The position numbers were made by a program, and so were the translations under genes. A stretch of DNA of 63,978 bases, the filler included, from Octopus bimaculoides (taxonomy: Eukaryota): NCBI RefSeq assembly GCF_001194135.2. It is 7 parts of 6 records of this genome, joined end to end, with 100 filler letters (N's around TTAATTAATTAA, not from the genome) between each part and the next. Parts side by side here need not be neighbours in the genome. Positions count along the whole stretch, not along the records: positions 46,084 to 54,064 come from NC_068982.1; positions 54,165 to 59,406 come from NC_069009.1; positions 59,507 to 62,638 come from NC_069008.1; positions 62,739 to 63,978 come from NC_068982.1; 3 more parts are not named here. One strand, written 5' to 3'. The notes below the pieces were generated by a model that did not search any database, had not been told where the DNA came from, and saw only the letters and a program-made list of their open reading frames with translations. Positions 51,146 to 63,588 of this stretch are shown here, piece by piece (the first letter of the stretch is position 1; each line of letters starts with the position of its first letter).

Positions 51146-52087
51146 NNNNNNNNNNNNNNNNNNNNNNNNNNNNNNNNNNNNNNNNNNNNNNNNNNNNNNN
51201 NNNNNNNNNNNNNNNNNNNNNNNNNNNNNNNNNNNNNNNNNNNNNNNNNNNNNNNNNNNNNNNNNNNNNNNNNNNNNNNNNNNNNNNNNNNNNNNNNNNN
51301 NNNNNNNNNNNNNNNNNNNNNNNNNNNNNNNNNNNNNNNNNNNNNNNNNNNNNNNNNNNNNNNNNNNNNNNNNNNNNNNNNNNNNNNNNNNNNNNNNNNN
51401 NNNNNNNNNNNNNNNNNNNNNNNNNNNNNNNNNNNNNNNNNNNNNNNNNNNNNNNNNNNNNNNNNNNNNNNNNNNNNNNNNNNNNNNNNNNNNNNNNNNN
51501 NNNNNNNNNNNNNNNNNNNNNNNNNNNNNNNNNNNNNNNNNNNNNNNNNNNNNNNNNNNNNNNNNNNNNNNNNNNNNNNNNNNNNNNNNNNNNNNNNNNN
51601 NNNNNNNNNNNNNNNNNNNNNNNNNNNNNNNNNNNNNNNNNNNNNNNNNNNNNNNNNNNNNNNNNNNNNNNNNNNNNNNNNNNNNNNNNNNNNNNNNNNN
51701 NNNNNNNNNNNNNNNNNNNNNNNNNNNNNNNNNNNNNNNNNNNNNNNNNNNNNNNNNNNNNNNNNNNNNNNNNNNNNNNNNNNNNNNNNNNNNNNNNNNN
51801 NNNNNNNNNNNNNNNNNNNNNNNNNNNNNNNNNNNNNNNNNNNNNNNNNNNNNNNNNNNNNNNNNNNNNNNNNNNNNNNNNNNNNNNNNNNNNNNNNNNN
51901 NNNNNNNNNNNNNNNNNNNNNNNNNNNNNNNNNNNNNNNNNNNNNNNNNNNNNNNNNNNNNNNNNNNNNNNNNNNNNNNNNNNNNNNNNNNNNNNNNNNN
52001 NNNNNNNNNNNNNNNNNNNNNNNNNNNNNNNNNNNNNNNNNNNNNNNNNNNNNNNNNNNNNNNNNNNNNNNNNNNNNNNNNNNNNNN

Positions 52088-52133
<46 letters not shown>

Positions 52134-52340
52134 CATACATACATACATACATACATGCATATATACATACATATATATACATATATAAATACGTATATAC
52201 ACACACATATATAGGCGCATGCATGCTTACATACATTCATGCAGTGGTACACATATCCTACATATATGTGTGTGTGTACGTATGTGTATGTGTGTGTGCA
52301 TGTGTGTGTGAGGGAGTGAGTCAGTGTGGGAAATTTAGCA

Positions 52341-52575
52341 GTTTCCATGGTAACCAGTGCAAACGTCCAATTACAATATAAAGTAATTGAGTGAGAATTT
52401 CCAGCAGCCAAATGAAACGAACCAATTTCTGGCTGGCTCTAAAGAGCTGACGAAACACAGCCAACCATTCTACCATTCAGGGACTTTTTCAAGATAGTCA
52501 AGTTTTAAGTTCACTCACCGACAACACAACAAAACTGAAAATCAAACAAAATATTAAATATTAAAGATGGCGGCG
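52341..52575. promoter_or_regulatory. Promoter-like cluster: RFX X-box, CCAAT cores, YY1 motif
   Basis: GTTTCCATGGTAAC at 52341-52354, AAGATGGCGGC at 52564-52574, minus-strand donor TCG|GTGAGT at 52519/52518. Motif matches only. Confidence 0.4.
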
Positions 52576-52763
52576 TTGATATATTTTGTATTTTCTTGAT
52601 TTGTTACCGTTTTATTTTGATTTCAACCCACCTAATAAATATGTATGCAGATAAATAGATAGATAGATAGATATTTGCACATACATATTTATATACACGT
52701 GCGTACATCATAAATATTTCAAATATTATTATTATCATTATTATTGTTATTATCAACTTTATG

Positions 52764-52796
<33 letters not shown>

Positions 52797-52815
52797 TGCA
52801 GTAGTAGTAGTAGTC

Positions 52816-52854
<39 letters not shown>

Positions 52855-52864
52855 NNNNNNNNNN

Positions 52865-52896
<32 letters not shown>

Positions 52897-54164
52897 ATAT
52901 ATTCGTACGCTTGTATATGTATATGTGTGTGTGTGTGTGTGTGTGTATGTGTAGATATACATACATACATATAAGAGAGTTAAAGGTTGTGAATCTAACC
53001 AACTAAGGGATAGTATCTATCCAATATACTGCGGATAGAATACCCAATTATTAATACACAAGTGTTGGTTATTGTGTACCAATGAATATATATATATATA
53101 TATANNNNNNNNNNNNNNNNNNNNNNNNNNNNNNNNNNNNNNNNNNNNNNNNNNNNNNNNNNNNNNNNNNNNNNNNNNNNNNNNNNNNNNNNNNNNNNNN
53201 NNNNNNNNNNNNNNNNNNNNNNNNNNNNNNNNNNNNNNNNNNNNNNNNNNNNNNNNNNNNNNNNNNNNNNNNNNNNNNNNNNNNNNNNNNNNNNNNNNNN
53301 NNNNNNNNNNNNNNNNNNNNNNNNNNNNNNNNNNNNNNNNNNNNNNNNNNNNNNNNNNNNNNNNNNNNNNNNNNNNNNNNNNNNNNNNNNNNNNNNNNNN
53401 NNNNNNNNNNNNNNNNNNNNNNNNNNNNNNNNNNNNNNNNNNNNNNNNNNNNNNNNNNNNNNNNNNNNNNNNNNNNNNNNNNNNNNNNNNNNNNNNNNNN
53501 NNNNNNNNNNNNNNNNNNNNNNNNNNNNNNNNNNNNNNNNNNNNNNNNNNNNNNNNNNNNNNNNNNNNNNNNNNNNNNNNNNNNNNNNNNNNNNATATAT
53601 ATATATATATATATACATATATTATATGTTCTTGTGTGTATGCATGTATGTATGTATGTATATATATCAAAATAAATTAAGATCAGTAGCAGCACCATAG
53701 CATGCATAGGATCTAATCGCAGTAGTAGTAGCTATGTGAACAGCAGCAACGGCAGCAGCATTAACAGCAACAACAAGAACAGCAACAGAACCAGCATCTG
53801 AAGTATTAGAAGCAGCGTCAATAACCAATATAATTAAATCAGATATAATAAGTGGTATAATTTAATTAAGGATATAATGTGTGTGTGCATATATGTGTGA
53901 ATGTATACATGTGTCTGTATGTATATTCATATATGATGTATATACATACATAATCAGACACACACACACATATATATTATGTACACATCTGTATATGTGT
54001 ACACGTATCTGTGAGTATGTATGTGCTTGTCGGTGTATTTATGTATGTATAAATATATATATATNNNNNNNNNNNNNNNNNNNNNNNNNNNNNNNNNNNN
54101 NNNNNNNNTTAATTAATTAANNNNNNNNNNNNNNNNNNNNNNNNNNNNNNNNNNNNNNNNNNNN

Positions 54165-54400
54165 GGCACATAAAAGACACCATTTCGAGCGTGGCCGTTT
54201 TCGTGCGGGTGACACGTAAAAGTACCCACTACACTCTCTGAGTGGTTGGCGTTAGGAAGGGCATCCAGCTGTAGAAACTCTGCCAAATTAGATTGGAGCC
54301 TGGTGTTGCCATCTGGTTTCACCAGTCCTCAGTCAAATCGTCCAACCCATGCTAGCATGGAAAGCGGACGTTAAACGATGATGATGATGATGATGATGAT
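54165..54400 (+). mobile_element. SINE family D with (GAT)n tail
   Basis: Homologous to 57625-57840; ends GTTAAACGATGATGATG. Confidence 0.85.
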
Positions 54401-54719
54401 ATATATATCAGAAGATTTGGAAGTGATGTACAGGTATTATATATTAGAAAAAATAATAAGGTTCTCAGAGATCTGGATGGTTGTATATTTACAGATTTTT
54501 ATTAATATGTCATGTTTTTATAAATCATATATTAGCACTAAAATACACTCACTTTACATAGTTTTAATATATTTTTTAATATATTTTATATTGTGCTTGG
54601 TGACTGGTTTTGCTTTCACTAATCATAACATTGAAATTATTGTAATTTCATATTTTCTTAAGAAGATTTTAGTCCATGTTGTGTGGAGAAGTTTATGAAT
54701 ATATATATATATGATGGAA

Positions 54720-54865
54720 TTCTTTCTGTTTCTGTCTACCAAATTCACTCACAAGGCATTGGTAAGCTCAAGGCTACAGAAGAAGACACTTACTAAGGTG
54801 CCTTGTAGTGGCACTGAACCAAGAACCATGTTGTTCGAAAGTCTCTTACCACACGGCCATGACTG
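54720..54865 (-). mobile_element. SINE family B
   Basis: Homology to other copies. Confidence 0.78.
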
Positions 54866-54913
54866 CGCCTATATATATATATATATCTACGTATATATAT
54901 ATGCATATATATG

Positions 54914-54956
<43 letters not shown>

Positions 54957-55478
54957 GCACATGCATATATCAGATACACAGACACACTAACCTCATGTAT
55001 ATGCATTCATTGCCCCACTTCCCCCACTTATGCATCCATCCCCACTATCATCAGATCTATCCCTACCCCTATATCTAAACAGCTGCACTGAAAAGCACAA
55101 CACCATCTTCAGACAAGAGGAGGATACTTCCGGCATACGCCCATGTACACAGTCTAATTTTACACAGACCTGCATTGACCTTTGACCTCTGACAAGGTCT
55201 ACTCCCATTTGGGTCACTTGTTCCAGCAAGCAGTAGTGTCAGGCATATTGAATTGCACAATATGTAGTTGGGAAATCTGTGTGTATGCATATGTATGTGA
55301 GTATATATGTATACATATGTCTGTAATTATGTGTGTATATGTACATATATATGAGTGTATATGTCTTATGTCTAAATGTATGAAGATATATATGTATATA
55401 GGAGTACACGCACACACATATATATATATATATACAAACATGCACACACAAATCTATGAGTATGTTTGTGTGAATGTG

Positions 55479-55529
<51 letters not shown>

Positions 55530-55775
55530 TTATATGTAAATATGCAAACATACAAACACACACACATGTATATACACACACAAACACACATACATCTTCA
55601 CACACATGTATACATACATCTTCACACACATGTATACATACATCTTCACACATATGTTCCAGTACAGATATTTATCTGTACTGGAACATGTATATACTTA
55701 TATGTATTGAATTATATGGCTATAAGAATATATCTGTGCGTCTGCACAGAAATATGTGGATACACACATCCAGAG

Positions 55776-55816
<41 letters not shown>

Positions 55817-55859
55817 TAATAAGATAAGAAAATTATAATAATCCATAACACACTCTCTT

Positions 55860-56700
55860 TACTCTTTTACTTGTTTCAGTCATTTGACTGTGGCCATGCT
55901 GGAGCACCGTCTTTAGTTGAAGAAATTGACCCCAGGACTTATTCTATCGGTCTCTTTTGCCGAACCAGTAAGTTATGGGGACATAAACATACCAGCATTG
56001 GTTGTCAAGTAATGGTGGGGGACAAACAAAGACACACAAACATATACACACACACACATACATATATATGACAGGCTTCTTTCAGTTTCCCTCTACCAAA
56101 TCCACTCACAAGGCTTTGGTCGGCCCGAGGCTATAGTAGAAGACACTTGCCCAAGGTGCCAGTGGGACTGAACCCAGAACCATGTGGTTGGGAAGCAAGC
56201 TACTTACCACACAGCCACTCCTACACCTATGGAGATTTTCTTCTAATGAGAATTTTGGATTTATTATATGACGTCCTTGAATTGACTGACTATATATATA
56301 TATATATCTTTTATCTTTCACTTGTTGTAGCCATTAGGCTGCATCCATGCTGGAGTACTGCTTTGAAGAACTTTTAGTTGAAGGGATTGACACCAGTATG
56401 TATCTTTTTAAAGCCTGCTACTTATTCTCTTGGGTTTTTTTTGCTGAACCGCAAGGTTACATGGATGTAAACACACCAACACCAGTTGTGGTGGAGGACA
56501 AACACAGATACAAAGATACACACAACACACACACACATTGCAGGCATGGCCATATTTGCAGGTGTGGCTATGAGTTAAGAAGTTTGCTTCCTAACAACAT
56601 GTTGCAGGGTTCAATTCCACTGTGTGGCACCTAGGGCAAATGTTTTCTACTATAACCTTGTGACTGAATGTGATAAATGGAAACTGTAGGAAGCCTGTCC
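55860..56700. mobile_element. Cluster of four SINEs: C(+) 55860-56045, B(-) 56070-56222, C(+) 56325-56520, B(+) 56560-56700
   Basis: Homology to the family copies listed above. Confidence 0.8.
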
Positions 56701-56739
<39 letters not shown>

Positions 56740-57624
56740 ATCTTTGTATCCGTATTAGTCCTTGACCACTGTTTGATAATCAATGTTGGTGTGTTTATGT
56801 GCTAGTAACTTAGTGGTTTGGCAAAAGAGATGGATACAATAAGCATTAGGCTTTAAAAAATGAATACAAAAAGCAATGTAGATTAAGTATATGTGGCTGA
56901 TAACGTTTATCATACTTGTGCTGCTTTGATTTCATATTTGAATTAATTCTTACGCATGCATTGAGCAAGCATATCTGCACATGGTTCGTATACGATGAGG
57001 AAAGTAAGTCGTGGACTGGAGATAGGATTCATCTCCAATCATGATCAGGTACATGATGTTTACAAGCCACAAAAGTCGCGAAACATTGATGTCCATCACT
57101 CATAAGATGGGATTAGAAGTGAGTTATCTCACCTGTCCATGACTCTAAAGTGTTTTAACACCCGGCACTTTGAGAGAATATTCTCCACCATGTCAATAAC
57201 AACCTACCACAGTGGATGTGCATTGCGTATATGTGGTTGACAATGATTATGACACTAGTGCTGGTCTTATTTCATATTTGAATAGAGATACACACACACA
57301 CAGTTTCTGTTTCTGTAGCCTCTCCCAATAGCTCATCTGTTTCACTGAGTAAATCTTCTTTGTCTTGTGGTGCTCGATTGCCTCAAGTTACACCACCGCT
57401 TTGATGCTCTGTGATGACCACAGTTGGGAGCAGTAATCCAGGTGACTGAGGACAAATGTCTCCTATAAGAGTAGCAAAGTATCCTTATTTCTGGTTCTGA
57501 AGGATCTAAGGATCCATCAAGCTGCTCGCCTGCACAGAGTTGCCATCCTGGCAATATGTACATGAAATGTTACATCACTACTCATGTGGATTCCCAGATT
57601 ACGCACCGATTCTAACACTGGGCC

Positions 57625-57840
57625 TCATGGACATGGCCGATGCCTGTGCCACATAACTGACACCAGTGTCAGTGGCACATAAAACCACCTATTACACTCT
57701 CAGAGGGGTTGGCATTAGGAAGGGCATCCAGCCATAGAAACTATGCTAAATCAGACTGGAGCCTGGTGCAGCCCCTCAGCTTACCGGCTCTGGTCAAACC
57801 GTTCAACCCATGCCAGCATGGACAATGGATGATTATGATG
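57625..57840 (+). mobile_element. SINE family D
   Basis: Homologous to 54165-54400. Confidence 0.78.
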
Positions 57841-57879
<39 letters not shown>

Positions 57880-58289
57880 CATATTGTGCTTGTGCTACAT
57901 TAAAAGCTCTCAGTCCACTCTGCTGGTGATTAATGTTAGAAAGAGCATATAGCCATAAAAAGCCTGCCAAAACAGACACAGAAATTTGGTGCAGGCTCCT
58001 GCCTGGCCGGCTCCTGGCTGGCCAGCTCCTGTCAAACTGTCCGACCTATACCATCACGAAAGGGTGTAGATGTGGAAATGTTCAAAAAGCACCTGGAGAA
58101 AAAGTTCGTTTTCTATGTTTTTGTTTTTATGTCTTCATTTCTCATTGTGTTCAACGCTTTTTTGATGTCCTGTACCCATATATGCATGTATATATACATA
58201 TAGATGTAGGTATGTACATATATGTATGGATATATGTATATATTTATATATTATTTATATTATATTATATTATATATATTTCTCAAAAG

Positions 58290-59085
58290 AAGAGAGCAAA
58301 TCAAGAAAATTATGGCAGCAGAAACAACTATTCCTCGATAAATATTCTACCAATTATGGTAAAGACTATAGAACCCAGAGAAATAACAGTAAAAGAGAAC
58401 AATCTCACCAACGTAACAAAAGCCAGAACATGGAGCAACATGAACACTCATTCCACCATGAGTTAGAGAGGAACTATGGTAAGAACTCCTCCCTTTTTGT
58501 ATGCAAACACCCTAATGTACACAATATAAACAAAAACAAAAACAAGATAAATATTCCTTTGATCAGGCCATTAAAAGTAGAAATAATAGATCATTTTCAA
58601 GAGCTCAACAAAGACTACCTACACAAAACTGTATAAAAAACCAATCTAGAACTGGAAACAAACCTAGATCATTCTCTGAGATCATTAAAATCAATACTAA
58701 CGAGAAATTGTAAAATAAGATGTATAATTCCAAAAATAGGACAAAAGACATAAGAAAGCCAGGTAAAATAATACAACCAAAACACAAACTTCAAGTTAAC
58801 ACCAACAAAAATAGAAATCACAAACAGAAAAACATCCATTTTTTAATGTCAGGACAACAAACACCAGAGAAAGAAAAATTCCAAGAGGAAACATACCCAA
58901 AACAACTAGTTGTATAGATCCTAAAATAATTAATCTTTCCAAAAGAGATCTTGACAATGATGAAATCCAACTCCTACTAAAAGGCCTGAAATTTACACCT
59001 ACACCATCAGTCAACCACCATGAACTAAAGGAAGATATCTAAAAATTCTGTCGTAGGTTGTGACTTGTGGAATTCTTTATTAACA
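58290..59085 (+). mobile_element. Penelope-like element, N-terminal ORF fragment
   Basis: IINLSKRDLDNDEIQLLLKGLKFTPTP...ELKEDI*KFCRRL*LVEFF, the characteristic pre-RT motif of Penelope/Poseidon ORFs. Confidence 0.8.
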
Positions 59086-59086
59086 A

Positions 59087-59110
59087 AAACAATAACAATA
59101 ACAATAACAA

Positions 59111-59172
<62 letters not shown>

Positions 59173-59276
59173 ATAGTAGTAATAATAATAATAATAATAA
59201 CAATAACAGTAGTAGTAGTAGTAGTAGTAGTAATAGTAATAGTAATAGTAATAATAATAATAATAATAACAATAAC

Positions 59277-59322
<46 letters not shown>

Positions 59323-59406
59323 ATAGTAATAGTAGTAATAATAATAATAATAATAACAATAACAGTAGTAGTAGTAGTAGTAGTAGTCGTAGTAGTAGTA
59401 GTAGTA
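59087..59406. repeat. Compound (AGT)n/(AAT)n/(AAC) microsatellite with higher-order periodicity
   Basis: The block AACAATAAC-(AGT)n-mixed-(AAT)~6 recurs 3-4 times. Confidence 0.9.
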
Positions 59407-59627
59407 NNNNNNNNNNNNNNNNNNNNNNNNNNNNNNNNNNNNNNNNNNNNTTAATTAATTAANNNNNNNNNNNNNNNNNNNNNNNNNNNNNNNNNNNNNN
59501 NNNNNNAGACAAGCAATCAACTATAACCTTGGACCCAGCCAAACGAATACGCGGAGTTCTTTACTAATCTAAACAACATTGTTAGTCTGCTGCACTAACA
59601 AAGAAGTTATAGAGCATCTTGCCCGGA

Positions 59628-59675
<48 letters not shown>

Positions 59676-59748
59676 AAACAGTTTTGAATGGTACAACAAT
59701 GCATTATAATACAAACAATGGGCTATGTACCTGTTGTAATTTAGTCAT

Positions 59749-59805
59749 CCATTGTCTGATATGATATTTTGGAATGAAATTCCTTCTTCAGATATTCTTA
59801 GATGG
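59749..59805 (-). ncRNA. Hammerhead ribozyme, core mutated (GAAA to AAAA)
   Basis: CUGAAGA-A-GGAAU-uuc-AUUCC-AAAA-UAUC-AUAU. Confidence 0.55.
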
Positions 59806-61287
59806 AGTCGCTGCTATAATCGGTTTTCCAATGGCTTTTCTTCTTTATTATTTTTTTCTTTTTGAAGCGTCTCAGCAGTGGTCTCATGAAGCTCCTTCCG
59901 GAATTCCTCATGAGAAGTGCATGAGGTCGGCCATGTCTCAATGTTGCGTGTGCTGGTACATCGAAAGCGCTGCTTCTAAGTTATGTATTAGACGTGCAGC
60001 TTCCTTCCCCCCCTTTTTTTCCTCTTTTTTTATTGTTATAAACTACAAATGAGTATATCATCAAAAATGAACCTACATGCATCTAGATGTAGCTAAATAA
60101 TATATTGATTACCAACCTCCAGCCTGTTGTTAATTTGGGGTCCTAGTCTGTGTATGAGTATAGCTTCCTTAATTCTTAGATTACCCAAATTTCTTTCATT
60201 GGCCTCAGTTGTGACTGTTATGCTTTTGTTGGTGTTCCGACATCTGTCTAGATGTTTTCTGAAGGAGGAAGCTCTCGTGTTCAGATGTTCTTTGATGCGG
60301 ACATGTAACGGTCTTGTGCTACCCACATAGAAGTTGTTGCATTGTATTCTATACACAACATTTACCCATTGGCATAGATCTGTGTCACGGATGGAACAGT
60401 TCATTAGTGTACATTGATTGCTGTCCCTTGTTCGTTTCTTTGTGAGGTGTCCTCTCAGAGAGGGGTCAGAGTGGGCTAGTTGTATGTCTAGCCCTTCTCT
60501 TCTTATGGCTCTTCGGATGGCTGTAGTTATCCTCTCGCTAAAATGGGGTATTTTAAGGAAGCATGTGTTGCTGGGTTTTCTGTGTTTGGCGTGTTGGTCA
60601 TCTTGGGTACTTAAGCCGATTTACAATGGATCAAGGATACCCGTTGGTTTTCAATATATCTGGGAAGCGTGTAGTGTGGGTCACCTTGTCCTCCGTTCTG
60701 CTGTACTTACCCTGGATGTGTGCAAGTTCATTTCTGGCGTAACCTATTTTGGCACCGAGTGGAAATGTTGAATTGTATTGGGCAAACATATCTCTACTGG
60801 CTGATTTCCTGTAGAACTCGGTGTGGATCTCCCCTTCTTCCGTTATATTCAGTTTGAAGTCAAGTAGTGATAGCGATCCAGTGATGTCGGGATGTTTTAT
60901 AGTGAACGCTACGTTCATGTCCATGTTATTGAACGTCGTGAATATTCTGTCAGCCTCTTCATGGGAGGTTGTGAGTGTGAGGATGTCATCTACGTACCTG
61001 GTAAAGAAGGCGCATGAGTGGCTCGACGTTCAAGATGCTTCATATAAGTGATGGCTAGTAGGCTCGAGAGACTGGATTCCATGGGGAGACCTATTGTCTG
61101 TTTGTATATGTGGTCCTGGAAAGAGAAGTAGGTGTTGTCCACGATGTTGGGCAAAAGTTGATGAATATCAGCTGTGGTAAGTCCGAAGCATTGGGTGTCG
61201 GACGCTATTATGCAGTCAGTCAATAGGTTGACCGCCGAGTGTGCTGGCACCGTTGTGTATATTGCAAAACTGATTATAGCAGCGACT

Positions 61288-61345
61288 CCATCTAAGAATA
61301 TCTGAAGAAGGAATTCTATTCCGAAATATCAAATCAGACTATCGA
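61288..61345 (+). ncRNA. Minimal hammerhead ribozyme (Penelope type), core intact
   Basis: CUGAAGA (61302-61308), A, GGAAU-ucu-AUUCC, GAAA (61323-61326), UAUC. Confidence 0.65.
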
Positions 61346-61563
61346 TGACTAAATTAGAACAGGTATATAGCCTATTGTCTGTATTACAGTGCATTGTTGT
61401 ACCATTCAAAACTTTTTATTCTTTACAAACAATACACAATGCTTCAAGCGAACTACAATACTCTCCTATATATATTATATATATATATATATGTATTTCT
61501 GTATGTATGTATGTATGTATGCATATATATATGTGTGTATATATATATATATGTATGTAGTCA

Positions 61564-61666
<103 letters not shown>

Positions 61667-62040
61667 AGGATAATTTCATACTACGTAAAGTCAATTAACT
61701 CGACCCCTGTATATGACTGATGTTTATTTAATATTTACATATCGTTCGCCCTTGTCCTGTGTGTCGTGTCAGAATGAAGTAGATTTCTCTGACCTTTCAC
61801 GAGAATAGCAGGTGAATATTATTTAATCTCTCACTTAGAAATTGCCATTTCTACATTTGTATCTTTTATTGTTCTCTCTTAACGTTAAATATGGTAGAAG
61901 AAACCTACGCATCTAATCTTGAATGAGAACTTCAAGTAGGAACAGAAAACTTACCTCCCTTAAATTTATAGTTGTCGAAGTGGAGTTATGTCCCATGGGA
62001 CATAGACTGAAATAGTTGTATATATATATATATATATATA

Positions 62041-62435
62041 TCAGGCTGGATAAAAAGTAAGCAACGTTTTGAAAAGTGAAATTCATCACAATATATTTCA
62101 ACAATGAGGAAACTTTATTCATCAAAGTAAATACCATTACAATCAACACATTTTTGTCAACGAGTTACAAGTTTTTTTATTCTGGTAACATAAAGATCTG
62201 GAGTTCTGGGGCTGATGAACTCTTTGAACACACTTTCAGCATCGGTTTGATTTTTGAACTCCTTCTCTCGCTGGAAACCATGAAGGTGCTTGGAAAAGTG
62301 GTAGTCGGTCGGAGAAAGGTCTGGGGAATAAGCTGGGTGGGGAAGAACTTCATAGCCAAGTTCCCTCAACTTCTGGAGCTTCATTAGTGAAACGTATGAT
62401 CGAACATTGTCAGGAAAAATGATTGGCCCTCTTTT
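62041..62435 (-). pseudogene. mariner (DD34D) transposase 3' fragment with terminal repeat
   Basis: PIIFPDNVRSY...LGYEVLPHPAYSPDLSPTDYHF...; end TCAGGCTGGATAAAAAGTAAGCAACG (Hsmar1-like) next to (TA)n. Confidence 0.92.
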
Positions 62436-62498
62436 GTATGTATTTATGTGTGTGTGTGTGTGTGTGTGTATACACACACACTCACAGATGCACACACA

Positions 62499-62535
<37 letters not shown>

Positions 62536-63124
62536 ACACACACACACATATGTAAATATTTCAAATTAAAATGGTAAAGACCCCCTTCAGTCATGAATGA
62601 CCATAGAATTGCATCTAGAAAGTTCCCCTCCAAGGCACNNNNNNNNNNNNNNNNNNNNNNNNNNNNNNNNNNNNNNNNNNNNTTAATTAATTAANNNNNN
62701 NNNNNNNNNNNNNNNNNNNNNNNNNNNNNNNNNNNNNNATATATATCGGTATGTATGTTTATATGGATATGTATATATATTTATATATTTATATATTATG
62801 TATGAGTATATATATTGTTATTATATATGTATACATGCTTGCATACACATACGTACATAAAGATATACGATGGAGTAAAACCATGTACTAACCTCAGTGC
62901 TTCCGTCATACGTAGAGAATCCAAGAAGTGTCTGTGCGTGAATTTGATTTGAGTGGATGTAATGTCGCATAGCACTGATCTCATTTTTCTGTGCAATCAG
63001 CTATAAAAGCAATGGCACAAGAGAGGTTGAAATGCCTAGAAACCACTTCTACTTCATACTGTTTTATACAAATTTCCCTTCTCGTAGGAGGAAGTTCTGA
63101 GAGCTGGGCGTTGGGAGCCTCCAT

Positions 63125-63177
<53 letters not shown>

Positions 63178-63556
63178 AACATATGTGTGTGCCTCCGTGT
63201 GTATGTGTATGTGTGTGCCTCCGTGTGTATGTGTATGTGTGTGTGTGTCTATGTTCATGCATGCACACATATCTATATCTATATATGCATGAGTATGTAT
63301 GTATAAAGGTTTGCTCCAAAAGATAAAAGAAAGAATAAACAGGTGAAATGGTAATCGATACATGAGTGTATATATTTTCTTTTGTTTGCGATTATGACGT
63401 TTTGTAAGTGATTTAGTGCATAAAATATTCGGCCGTCGTGTGAGATGTGTAACTTTACAGCCTATTAAAGATACAGCCGAATGAAAGATATAATAAAGAT
63501 ACAGCTGAATGAAAGATGTATTGCATGAGCGTGCACAAACACGCACACACGCATAC

Positions 63557-63588
<32 letters not shown>

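Larger units (their letters stand above)
59672..61466 (-). mobile_element. Penelope-like element, 5'-truncated, with 3' pseudo-LTR and inverted pseudo-LTR at the 5' end
   Basis: RT: YTTVPAHSAV, YKQTIGLPMESSLS, TRYVDDIL, LSLLDFKL, FYRKSAS. GIY-YIG: VVYRIQCNNFYVGSTRPLHVRIKEH...EAILI. 59672-~60090 and 61266-61466 are inverted copies; (TA)n on both outer flanks. Confidence 0.93.

Noticed and set aside
6009-53707. Long ORFs in the track (e.g. 6009-6843, 30479-31430, 51023-52411, 52995-53707) and poly-HT/VC/YI/L peptides
   Set aside because: They run through N gaps or di-/trinucleotide microsatellites; not coding evidence.
57319-57440. Exon after the strong acceptor TTTCTGTTTCTGTAG
   Set aside because: All three frames hit stops before a convincing donor.
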